This document shows, piece after piece, positions 46,301 through 55,800 of a DNA stretch of 64,000 bases (position 1 is its first letter; every line of letters begins with the position of its first letter). A program made the position numbers and the translations under genes. The notes below the pieces were generated by a model, which worked only from the letters and a program-made list of their open reading frames with translations, had not been told where the DNA came from and searched no databases. The stretch spans positions 1 through 64,000 of IMG/VR virus record IMGVR_UViG_3300017913_001781, one strand, 5' to 3'. Origin of the DNA: a virus (lineage: Duplodnaviria > Caudoviricetes).

Positions 46301-46609
46301 AGTGGTGAGTTGCACTGTGTTCATAATAATCCTACATTTGATAACGTAAGAGTTTTTAGAGATTTTGCAGAAGTAGAAAGGTCAACTCATTTGACTATTT
46401 CAGCAGATGTTACTAAGATGGCTGGAATCAAGAATCAAAAATGGACAATTTCTAATTCTATAAGCTCTGAAGCGAATGATATATACTATGATGATATGTG
46501 GTTAACATACATCTTTCAACATCCGGGATATTACACAATACGCTTAGATGTGGAAGATACAAATGGTAACGTAAACTCTATCGAAAGAAATATGCTAAAA
46601 GTAAAATAA
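43331..46609 (+). CDS. Large baseplate wedge protein (gp7-like) with Ig/PKD-like domains
   Basis: VGTYKAILNAIDFFGY..LKEYW pattern; C-terminal YIFQHPGYYTIRL.V.D.NGN PKD-like segment. Confidence 0.6.
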   Translation: MFQKLRFFRGTEHDLNLVQDTNGVYKGTIHMDPVSTGLYETVNLLVMEEVEKDNQIWLNHPTSNFPFGSTLNFRWLNDFDTSDDIIMYGAKLDKGIVKIDVKKEQGFDLIDIIDNDSLETYFDVSVAADDGLNFCLNYPNDGFPNDCVFAPELTLKRGFTYVFDQSDVSNQPYIMAFSETPDGENPDGSIAKAYTNGVEYSGNPGTNGLLTFNVPLDAPDALYYFSPGGVIFNEALGNIINIVDADIDIDDDGFKEVEDLNNSAITVNIALMSFDEGRHHRTLQIYEKDSTSETIVAEIKFYGEVEGEDERLKVMLNNLGARLEETDFLLFKDHDITEMAPDFILLNQKRKELLLELHDIKPFVGTYKAILNAIDFFGYNNITLKEYWMNIDDSSDRFGKLKAIPVPNSSTYGELQRKMMSIKVPSSTLKKTSRFSLVYKINVPNGEFDYWDIPEVDEVFDFTPEEVLIKLYGLKDKLQREYLPLNAKIVDITGEGDFFAQKSMNFWNNQNGIALFTEGHDIKFDVHPKDRNLYVEDFALVLKNIYDDDDTTLADDYNDLLNLDFDQYGDLSGDVRDANGEVVTQGQRSILKDQYFEFYENYFQGPLDTFNQDIPVGCPITLDGTETFTYTWDDAEFNWNDAMDSNQNLGVTWKDWWKRWVYEIEWVITGPKDYNNAFRGPIDDFLVFPLALPYEGKYSVEMRTYDLFGHRSYEHREDTIDVKLKDVEIYGLYKWMETMQWRDTDIDWNSTGGVWAMPLNNSTYTEDILSTFYLSMDRANYLHDESHSINTSMVKRYLDIYSETGFSETAGPYQWDNCEFRWNDGQHNWWDATVVGMDLTSSFKILGLSANEVLIIEHTDPSTGESKIGTFTPTVSPASPNSLADWQQLADELNASEDEVISKFNYNIIYVDYDGDGTTDSTGEWIPVDGDEDGQTADGGGPAADDVDDIPLQNILAANILAVGKNYSRYNDFDKVLVVDVNGQILDGKISGELHCVHNNPTFDNVRVFRDFAEVERSTHLTISADVTKMAGIKNQKWTISNSISSEANDIYYDDMWLTYIFQHPGYYTIRLDVEDTNGNVNSIERNMLKVK

Positions 46610-46617
46610 CGTAAAAA

Positions 46618-47187
46618 ATGGCTAACATTACTGAAATTTTAGGAACTGATTCCTTATCTTCGTCTAGAATTACTATCAATGGTAATTTCTCCTCGTTGAA
46701 CAATGAGTTAGCGGATATTTCCACATTATTAGATACTACAACTTCTACTATTGCGGGTATGTCTGCTATTCAAACCGAAACGATTACTGTTCAAGATGGC
46801 GGTACTCTCGTTGCAAGTGCTAATGCAAATGTATTTCAAATTGGAGTAAGTTCAGAATTTGATAAAGAAGTTTCTTTAGGGGGTAGATTACTTAAGAATG
46901 GCGTTTTAGGTACAGCTGCGTCTCCTATTAATACTGGTGCAAATGCGCTAGACCCTGCAACTGGTGAATATACAACATATCTTATAAATAATAACGCTAA
47001 TCTACCAGCTGGCTTAGAGGGTCAAGAGATTACTATTGTAAATGAAGCCGGAGGATCAGTATCTATAACTGGATCGCTAGGAGCATCTTCGCTCACACTT
47101 GATAATACCAACTCCAATGTAACTTTAAGATATGTTGGTAGTAAATGGTATGTAACTTCTCACGTAGGGGCAACAATTGTACTTTAA
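46618..47187 (+). CDS. Virion structural protein (fibre/baseplate associated)
   Basis: SRITINGNF..L N-terminal fibre-type motif; beta-rich. Confidence 0.6.
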   Translation: MANITEILGTDSLSSSRITINGNFSSLNNELADISTLLDTTTSTIAGMSAIQTETITVQDGGTLVASANANVFQIGVSSEFDKEVSLGGRLLKNGVLGTAASPINTGANALDPATGEYTTYLINNNANLPAGLEGQEITIVNEAGGSVSITGSLGASSLTLDNTNSNVTLRYVGSKWYVTSHVGATIVL

Positions 47188-47202
47188 TCAAAACTAACTT
47201 AA

Positions 47203-49185
47203 ATGGCTACATCTCTAATTAGGATACCTCAGCCACAGGGTGGCACTATGTATGCTTTTGCTTCAGCGGCAAAAGATATAACTCGTGCGTTTAATAACCC
47301 GGATATTAAGTTTGAGTTTAGTAAGTTTGCACTTTTAGATTTACCAGATTTTACAACGCCTGTTAATGGTTTAAATACTATTAACTTAACAAATCAAATC
47401 GAAGCTTCAGGTAATCAATACTTAGCTGACAGTGAAGCTAATGTTGAGTTTGCTCAATCGTTTCAAAGCTATGTTCTTAATTTAGAAGAACTTTTATTAC
47501 AAGACGACGACCACGACCCTGTTCTTTTACAGTCAGATGCTGAAAAAATTCTTTTTAAGTGGTTATCTAGCTTGGGGGCTATTAGATTCAAGACAAGTGA
47601 CTCTTCTGAATCTACATCTGGAACTCATTATACTGAAGCGTTAGACGCAGCCGGAACTGGCTTAGACTATGAAAGAGTAGTTAAATATCTAGGCTCTATA
47701 GACGCAGAAAACGATATATCATATAAAGGTAACACATATCACGAAGTGTATATTAATGTGCCTTCAGCGGTTGGTAATACACCTACTGTTCTTTTTAGCC
47801 CTACTAATTACAATACAACCGCTACTAAAGTTTATTCCGATAACGATCTTTCTGGCAGAGGAGGTCAAACTCATCCAGATCCTAACTTAACTTTAGATGC
47901 TATAGTTGACGTTGGAGCAAACGCAGGAGGACCTTACTACGATATAAATTCAAATGCAACCGATAGTGTTCAAATTGATTTTGAGCCATTATCATATCAT
48001 GGTATTGCTAACGATACTAAAGTAAGTACCTTAAATGACTTTTCAAAGAAGGGACAAGACTTTAGATTTAATGCAGTTTTAGTATATTATGACTTATTTA
48101 GTGTTTCTACTCCTGTAAATAGAGCAACAAATCTATATGGCTTGTTAATTCTAGATAATATAGGTGGAAACTTTGGAGTAGGCTCAAAAATTCATGAGCA
48201 ACTTAAGTTTAAGCCAAATGAAGTTACAGGTCTTAATGGCAATGCATTCTCATTAAAGCTTAACTTAAAGTTCAATACTTCATTAGATAACGTAGGCGTT
48301 GAAACTAATATCAATGATTTTACTACGTTCTCGATGGACTTGTTCTTGGATACAACTACTGCCCTTGAGCATGCTACTGATTTGTTATTGAGAGCAAATG
48401 ATCTTTATGGCGGTTTAGCAAATAGATTAGAAGATTTAGAGAGAATTGTTTTAGCAGGCGAAGAAAGAGATGAAATGGTTCAAAGATTAGAGGATCTCGA
48501 GACTAGTTTCAATAATGCTTCTATAGCTTTACAAGATTCTGACTCATTACTTCAGTTAATTACTAAAGCACATAGTAAACTTAACTCTTTAATAGATGGA
48601 ACGATTCCAGTTGAATTACAATACAATACTGATGTCATATTTAACGGCTTAGGTACTGAAGTTGATAAAAGCGTTCCAAATAAAATTAAAGTCAATAACA
48701 CGGTTCAGGGGTATTCTAATAACAATGTTTTTAAATGGGATATTAATGCCGGTGAGAGAGTTGGAGGAGCTTTAGGTGGAACTAACACATTTAATCCCAG
48801 TGGGGCAGATGGGGGTTCAGCTTCATTTGGATTATGGTCTCAGCTAAAGCCATTTACAAATAGAATTAGTTTAATAAACAAAACTTCTGGAAATCCAAGT
48901 GGCATAGCAGGCGGAGAAGAAAAACCTACGCTATCAGGGGACTTAAATATATACATAGATGACGGACGAGTAGCCTGGAAAGAGGGTCAAACTGTTAAAA
49001 TTTCGTTTGAAACCATAGACGTTTCAGAGAGCGATATTTATATCAGGACCGGTTCAGCTAGTGGATTTGATAAAATAGTTGGGAGTGTTATTAGACCTTC
49101 TGACCTGCTATCAAATAAGCCTTATTTTGAGGTAGTCTGTATCGACCCAGTAAATTATATCTTTGAAGTAGACATTTTAAGATGA
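47203..49185 (+). CDS. Virion structural protein
   Basis: Long ORF in late cluster with a central coiled coil. Confidence 0.65.
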   Translation: MATSLIRIPQPQGGTMYAFASAAKDITRAFNNPDIKFEFSKFALLDLPDFTTPVNGLNTINLTNQIEASGNQYLADSEANVEFAQSFQSYVLNLEELLLQDDDHDPVLLQSDAEKILFKWLSSLGAIRFKTSDSSESTSGTHYTEALDAAGTGLDYERVVKYLGSIDAENDISYKGNTYHEVYINVPSAVGNTPTVLFSPTNYNTTATKVYSDNDLSGRGGQTHPDPNLTLDAIVDVGANAGGPYYDINSNATDSVQIDFEPLSYHGIANDTKVSTLNDFSKKGQDFRFNAVLVYYDLFSVSTPVNRATNLYGLLILDNIGGNFGVGSKIHEQLKFKPNEVTGLNGNAFSLKLNLKFNTSLDNVGVETNINDFTTFSMDLFLDTTTALEHATDLLLRANDLYGGLANRLEDLERIVLAGEERDEMVQRLEDLETSFNNASIALQDSDSLLQLITKAHSKLNSLIDGTIPVELQYNTDVIFNGLGTEVDKSVPNKIKVNNTVQGYSNNNVFKWDINAGERVGGALGGTNTFNPSGADGGSASFGLWSQLKPFTNRISLINKTSGNPSGIAGGEEKPTLSGDLNIYIDDGRVAWKEGQTVKISFETIDVSESDIYIRTGSASGFDKIVGSVIRPSDLLSNKPYFEVVCIDPVNYIFEVDILR

Positions 49186-52100
49186 ACACAAATAACTCAC
49201 TTTCTACGATAATCAAGCAGTTTTTAGAGATTAACACAAATACTCTAAACGCTTTCGAACGTATTAACGAGGCTGTTATCTCTGATAGAGAAACAGTGCC
49301 TCTTGATATCTTAACTGAAGACGGAGGCACTAAGACGGTTTACGTTCCCGCATTTGGTTATATGAATCGCGAGTTAAAGAGGTTAGAGCAAAATATGAAG
49401 GCCCTTACCGGTCTATCAGATGGCACGGCTAAAGTTAGGCTGGCAGATGGATCTTATCAAAAGATACTTAAGTCTAGTTTAAAAACTCCAGCCGCAGATA
49501 TAGGCACTCTTAATAGACCTAACACGTTTGAAGTTAAGTCTAATTATTTCTTTGAGGATTTTTTAACTCCTTTATTAAAGGTTTCTTTTGATGTTAGTGG
49601 ACAAGTTCCAACAGATACTGAAAGAGTTTTAGTTAAGCGAGTTATTATCGACGGTTCATTTGATTTTGCAGCACAGTTTTTTGATGACAATTACTTAGGC
49701 GAAGATGACGTAGATCATAATCAACTAATGTCGGCTATAGCAGCTAACAACATTCCATTCTTTATGGATGAAGAGGTTAGAGATATGCCGTATAGAAATA
49801 CATTATATTATGGCAAGTTTGATGTAACATCTATAGATACTGTTCAAAAGACTATTATAGTTGAAGGAGAAGAAAAGAGAAAAACCATCAAGCTTTATAC
49901 ACTTGATAAGTTAACATACACTGACGCTGATAAAGATCTAAAAGACACAGAGTTTATGAAGGTCGGTGATGAGCTAATTGTCAACACTCAAAGAAGAAGC
50001 ACTAAATATAAGGTTAAGACCATCTACACCGAAACACGTCAAGTTGAGCTTGATATTGTAGAAGGGTTTGAGGCTATTAAAATAGGTGCAGACGTTTTAT
50101 CAATCTATAAAGCCAACGATACTCAAGTTAGTATTGATATAAATGTTGGATTCGACGATAGGTTCGTAGTTTTCTTTAAAGTTATAGATGCTAACTCTAA
50201 GATTGTAGCTGAAAATTGGTCACCAGGTGCAGCTCTTTACTCTAATAGTCTAACAATGACTAAAGAAGATGGAGAGGTTATTACACTAGCTGATTACTAT
50301 AAAGATAGTGTAGCTGATTTTGGTCAGTTTATTAAGGCGTTAAAAGACGATCCAATCCCTCCTTCAACATTAGGTGTTGCACCTGACGCACCAGAAGTTC
50401 TAGAAGAGAACTTTAAAGTTGTACAGATCAACAAGCATCTAACGGAGAACGACGCGGCCCTGAAGGTTAAGAAGCTTAATGCTGATAAAGTAAGTGCAGA
50501 TTCAACTATTAAAAAATTAGACGATACTATTGCTAAGAAAAGATCATTGATTTCTAGGAAAAAGTATAAGTCAACCATTGAAAGAGATAAAGATAAAAAT
50601 GAGTTGGTTTCATTGGTTAATGAAAGGGCATCGGAATCTAAGCTTTATGGATCTATCGTTTCTCAAATTCAATCAGCGGCTTCAGATGCACAATTAACTG
50701 CTATTGCGCCTAAATATAGAATTAGAGGATTTTGGGCTATTCCAGAACCTAAATTAGTTGCAGAAACTATACCACAAGAGGTTATCAAGTTTAAAATTCA
50801 ATATAGATACTTATCTACTTCTGGTAAAACTTCTGAGATTGCTCAAATTTCATTTGACGACAAGGGCAATAAGAGAACAGGAGTCTTTAGCAACTGGAAT
50901 GAAATAGAAACTCCAGTTAGAGCTCGTTTAAGAAACGAAGAAGGCAAGTTTTATTGGTCAAATAGTGCAGTAGAAGACGGGCAAGAGGTTAACTTTAATC
51001 AGCTTGATATTCCTATTAGTTCTGGAGAAGTTGTTGAGTTTAAAGTTAAGTCTATATCAGAGGCTGGATGGCCAAGCAACCCATTAGAGTCAGAGTGGTC
51101 TGACATTATTAGAGTAGTTTTCCCAGAAGGAGAATTGGATAATGTTAGTGTTGTTAATTTGGTTGAAGAAAATGCAAATGAGGTCGCAAGAGTTAAACTA
51201 CTTGAAGAATTAGAAGCAGCTGGCGTTTATGGCCACGTAGGAGATTCTTTTTCAGCTAACGAAAAGTATTTTGCCCATACAACTAATACTATAGCATCTG
51301 GTTTCTTATCACCTGAACAAAATCCGGTTTCTCTATTCGATAAGCTAACAGAAATGCAAAATAAAATTTCTGTACTTGAAGAAACTATAAGTAATATTAG
51401 AGGCGAATTGGCAGTGACTTTAGTTGCTGAAGACGGCACGACTACTGAGATAAACAGAAATACAAATAATAAGGTTTTTGCTGGATATTATGTAGATGAA
51501 GTTGCAGACTTAGCAATTAAAAAAGGACATATAGTTACTAAGACATTTAAGCTTCTTCTTAAGAATACAAGAGCTACTACATTAGAATTAGTTGCTAGAA
51601 TAACCGGCGATAGAGATTTACCTGCGTTTAAGTCAACTGATTCAGCGATAGACGGAGGATTTGGTTTTGATGCTTCAGGAACTATTGACAATAGGGTAAT
51701 AGACGATGTTTATTATAGAACCGAGGGTAAGTATGATATGAGTCCTATCCAATATCAATCTTTGGGAGGAGAAACCGAAACTGAGTTTTCTAGACAAGCG
51801 CCATATCAATCTATTCAAAGAAGAGGTCAATTTGTCTACAACAGATTTATGGACGTAGCTAATGAAAAATCGTTATATATGAATCAGTCTGTTATTGCAT
51901 CGGAAAGTTCAGGTAATTTTTCAGATTATGAATATCCATTAGGTTATGCTGACTATACATCGGGGACTAGTTCTATTTTGCCGCTTGACGGCGATGCTTC
52001 TAGTAATGCATATATTTGGGCAGGAACTTTTGGTAGAAATAGACTTGTAAGTGCTATAGACGATGGCGAGACACCTACTAATCCAGATGCCGTAGCTTTA

Positions 52101-52841
52101 TTTGAAGCTGATAATATTAGCGGCGATGAAAGTAAACTTATATCACATGTAGATACTTCTGAAGTTCCTTCAGATCCACTTATTTATGATAATTCTATTT
52201 TCTTACATAAGTCTCATCCCGATCTAGCCAATATTTTCTTAGGTTATGTTAATTCTATAAATCCAGATTTTAGTGCCGGTGCTGCAGAAATAGCCGATGT
52301 TCAAGAAGACGCTGCGGTTTCTAATTTAGTACAAGGTATGATTTATAGTATGCCTAAGACCGCAACTTTAAAATCAACAGACACTAATGGTTTAAAGCAG
52401 CTGGCATATAGGTATGATGAAGATATAGATAGAACGATTAAAATGTCTTTTGATGCAGCTGATCAATATCTTTTAGGTGGCAAATCATGCGGATCTTTCT
52501 TATTCTTATCGCCTATAAATACTACTTCTTTATTAGTTGACGGTGACAATAAGTTCGGTAAAGCTAGAATAGAAAATGGAGATAACAATGCGTTATCATT
52601 AGACGTTGTCTTCCAATATAGAATGACTGATTATGCCGGTAATAATCCAGAAAGTGACACAGGTAGAATAGCTGGTATAATATCAAGGTCTGTAACTAAT
52701 GTGACGTACTCTAAGAAAATAGGTTTTGACATTTTTGATTCTGATGGAGAGCAATTCTCATTTGATTTAGAGGTTTTCTCTAAATATAAAGCGCAAGGCT
52801 CTAACCAAAACTCTATAAAGGCTGCGACTCTATCAGCATAA
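49182..52841 (+). CDS. Large virion structural protein (1219 aa)
   Basis: Long ORF with a coiled coil and an FnIII-like segment (EFKVKSISEAG..SEWS). Confidence 0.65.
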   Translation: MNTNNSLSTIIKQFLEINTNTLNAFERINEAVISDRETVPLDILTEDGGTKTVYVPAFGYMNRELKRLEQNMKALTGLSDGTAKVRLADGSYQKILKSSLKTPAADIGTLNRPNTFEVKSNYFFEDFLTPLLKVSFDVSGQVPTDTERVLVKRVIIDGSFDFAAQFFDDNYLGEDDVDHNQLMSAIAANNIPFFMDEEVRDMPYRNTLYYGKFDVTSIDTVQKTIIVEGEEKRKTIKLYTLDKLTYTDADKDLKDTEFMKVGDELIVNTQRRSTKYKVKTIYTETRQVELDIVEGFEAIKIGADVLSIYKANDTQVSIDINVGFDDRFVVFFKVIDANSKIVAENWSPGAALYSNSLTMTKEDGEVITLADYYKDSVADFGQFIKALKDDPIPPSTLGVAPDAPEVLEENFKVVQINKHLTENDAALKVKKLNADKVSADSTIKKLDDTIAKKRSLISRKKYKSTIERDKDKNELVSLVNERASESKLYGSIVSQIQSAASDAQLTAIAPKYRIRGFWAIPEPKLVAETIPQEVIKFKIQYRYLSTSGKTSEIAQISFDDKGNKRTGVFSNWNEIETPVRARLRNEEGKFYWSNSAVEDGQEVNFNQLDIPISSGEVVEFKVKSISEAGWPSNPLESEWSDIIRVVFPEGELDNVSVVNLVEENANEVARVKLLEELEAAGVYGHVGDSFSANEKYFAHTTNTIASGFLSPEQNPVSLFDKLTEMQNKISVLEETISNIRGELAVTLVAEDGTTTEINRNTNNKVFAGYYVDEVADLAIKKGHIVTKTFKLLLKNTRATTLELVARITGDRDLPAFKSTDSAIDGGFGFDASGTIDNRVIDDVYYRTEGKYDMSPIQYQSLGGETETEFSRQAPYQSIQRRGQFVYNRFMDVANEKSLYMNQSVIASESSGNFSDYEYPLGYADYTSGTSSILPLDGDASSNAYIWAGTFGRNRLVSAIDDGETPTNPDAVALFEADNISGDESKLISHVDTSEVPSDPLIYDNSIFLHKSHPDLANIFLGYVNSINPDFSAGAAEIADVQEDAAVSNLVQGMIYSMPKTATLKSTDTNGLKQLAYRYDEDIDRTIKMSFDAADQYLLGGKSCGSFLFLSPINTTSLLVDGDNKFGKARIENGDNNALSLDVVFQYRMTDYAGNNPESDTGRIAGIISRSVTNVTYSKKIGFDIFDSDGEQFSFDLEVFSKYKAQGSNQNSIKAATLSA

Positions 52842-52849
52842 GGGGAGTA

Positions 52850-52857
52850 GATATATA
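52850..52857 (+). promoter_or_regulatory. Putative late promoter GATATATA
   Basis: Intergenic, upstream of the 2588-aa gene. Confidence 0.65.
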
Positions 52858-52894
52858 CTAGGAGATTAGTATATTAAAATATCCTATTTATAAA

Positions 52895-55800
52895 ATGGCA
52901 GCTGATGCAATATTTTTTATCAAGAGTATACAACTTTACTATAAAGAACACGATGGTTTAAGTTTATTCCAGGGAGATGCAGATCAACTTCCTACGTCAG
53001 TTGGTCCATTAACCTTTTACTACACGGTTGAGGCAGATCAAGATATACAGCCAGGTGATAATAACTGTGGTATAAATTATTTTACTAGACCAGGCTTCTT
53101 TCAACATCCGGGCGGTGTTTTAGAATTACCTTCGCCTCTTGATGCTGATCTTAGCACAGGCGGTCCAGGTTGTTCAAATCCCAGATGGAGTATAGCTCAA
53201 ATTGCGCCGCTAGGTATAAAGCTTTATTCTGATAATCAACTTCAAAATGAAGCAGCTCCCGGTAAGTACAGCGCTAATCCCTTTCCTGTAACTAATTTTG
53301 ATCCTGCCGATAATGAAGACTCTATAGTTTATAGCTATGATCCTCCGGCTAGCGTAACTCTACATAACACAAATTATATTTGGGAGACATACTCGTTTAC
53401 TAACTTTGAGGGAGACGAAGTTAATGCGCTACAAACTAGATTAATTAGTCCTGTAAATCCAGTATTAGTAAACTTTACAGGTACTGCTGGGCAAGTTTAT
53501 CGTAAGGTCCTTGGAGTTCAAGGAGATTCTCCTTGTAATTTTTCTACAGGGGCCATACCTGCCTTTAATGTAAGTTATTTCCCAACAGAAGAAGTACCGG
53601 CCGGTGCTACGTTAGCTGAAATAGCAGCAGGCGGTATACCTTTAATGGATTCTAATGGAGATATATTCACATTTGGTTACTTCTCCGATCAACAATTTCC
53701 TAGTACCTCTAATGATGTAAATATTTATAAAGCGGACGGCTTGATAAATGACTATATTGTTAATTGGCAAGCGTCAGTATGTACTCAAGTTGTTGCACCT
53801 AACGAAACTGTTAGAGAATTTACTGTAGATTTTGCAAATGAAGTAGAAGCTGTAGAATTTAATTCTAATCAATTTGGAGATTTTGTAGAAAATAGTTTAT
53901 TTTGTTCAAATGCACAACCTTTAAGGGTATTTTATACAAATAACAATACAGAGTATGATACGTTTTTTGATTTAGTAGTAGCTAATGAACCAATATATGT
54001 TACTCCTAATACTTTACCTAGTAATATTGTTCCTGAATATTGGCAACTTATTAATGCGCCTGAAGGTTCATATGGTGTAACTCTTAATAGTTATTTTTTC
54101 TATATTTTAGAAGAAATAGACAATAATTTATCAGCGGGGTTTGACGGACCTGGATGGTATCGTATTTACCCAGGCTCTAATAATATAACTTTTTATGTGC
54201 CAGCGGGACTAGGTGCAGCCGATTCAAGCGGATTTAATTGTGCTTTACCTGGCAGAGATTCTAACAATATCAAAACTATAACTCTTAATTATTCTAATAG
54301 TCAACAAGGTTATTGTGAAATTAATAGTAGTAATTTATCTAATAATCAAGTTACATGTCAATACTACAGCATAAATGGACAAGATCTGACATTAAATGAA
54401 ATTATACAAAATCAAATTTATCTATACAAAGATTCTTTAGAATATGCGGCTTACTATCAAATAGATGATCTACTATTTACATCTGGCTATTTTGGAGATG
54501 AATTTGGTTTTTATTACAATTTTAATTCAAATATTGCTGAAGAAGGCGGTAACCCATGGAGAGGTAGAGAGTTTATAACTATAAGCGATAGTTATAGTTC
54601 TCCGTTTATGTGTACTGGTAATGGAACAGAAATTAGATCTTTTGATGATTTAATTTATGTTTCCGGCATTTGGACTCAAATTTACCCCGATTATGATTTT
54701 TCAGATGAATTTTGTTATAGACAAAAGCAATCGTATTATGTGGTATATTATAGGACACATACTGAATCACCAGAGTTTACTTTAGATGAAATTGTTCAGC
54801 GAGATATACCATTATATAGAACTCCTACAGAACTTACTAATGGTCAATCTTTAAAAACTGGAGCATATTCTAGCGATACTGATTATTACTATAAATGGGT
54901 TGCAAACGAAGATGAAACTGGAGGACATTGGATGGGTTTAAATTCTAGTCAAACAGAATCTCAAGCATTTATAACTAATTCTATTCAATGTAATTTACAA
55001 CCAGTTCCCAATTACTTTGACACTTTAAATGACAACACATTAACCGAAAACTCAGGGGCTGATTATCTATTAGCATTTTATGTTTTTAGCTCTTGTATTC
55101 CAGTTAATGGCCAATATACACACTACTTATTATTCGGAGAACATACTAATTTACCTGATGACAATACAAGTTATATGTCGGAATTTACCGATGTAATAGG
55201 CTTTAATTCTGCGTTTTATAGTTTAGGATCTACTGATTTAAATTATGGCTGTAAGAAATATGTAGGTAAGATATTTGCGTCTTCTCCATCACAGGCCGAA
55301 GAGTTAATGTCATCGCAATTAGATTATTTCCAGGGAGATATTCAATTTGTTAGTCCAAGCGCAATAGGTTTATTTAGCGAAGAGTTAATACTATGGTATC
55401 CAAATGGATGCAATGATTGTCTTAATCAATTAGATTTTCCCGGACTTCCGGAGAGGTTAGATAAATTTGATGACGGCGGTCAAATTGAAGACTTAGCCCC
55501 TAGATTTGGTTTAGAACAAAACTATAATCTGCATAATAATTCCAAGCCACTTCTTAGAACTAACCCTAGACTAACAGGTAATATTAAGTTAGTTACTGAT
55601 TCTAGAGGCGAAATATACTTAGAATCAATAAATGCAAATAAAGATCTTTCGGATTCTCGTTATAAAAGATATGGAGTAAGTTCAGAAAGCGACTATTCAT
55701 ATGATGTTTCTAGATTTTTTAATGATAATAAAACGCCATATGACATGGTTTATGAGACAAAGAGAAGAGCGTCTGATCTTTCAGTCTTAGAGTCATATGA

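Noticed and set aside
46478-46485. GATATATA inside the 43331..46609 ORF
   Set aside because: It could be a promoter for 46618, but it is intragenic and a few chance hits are expected in AT-rich DNA, so it was not listed as a feature.
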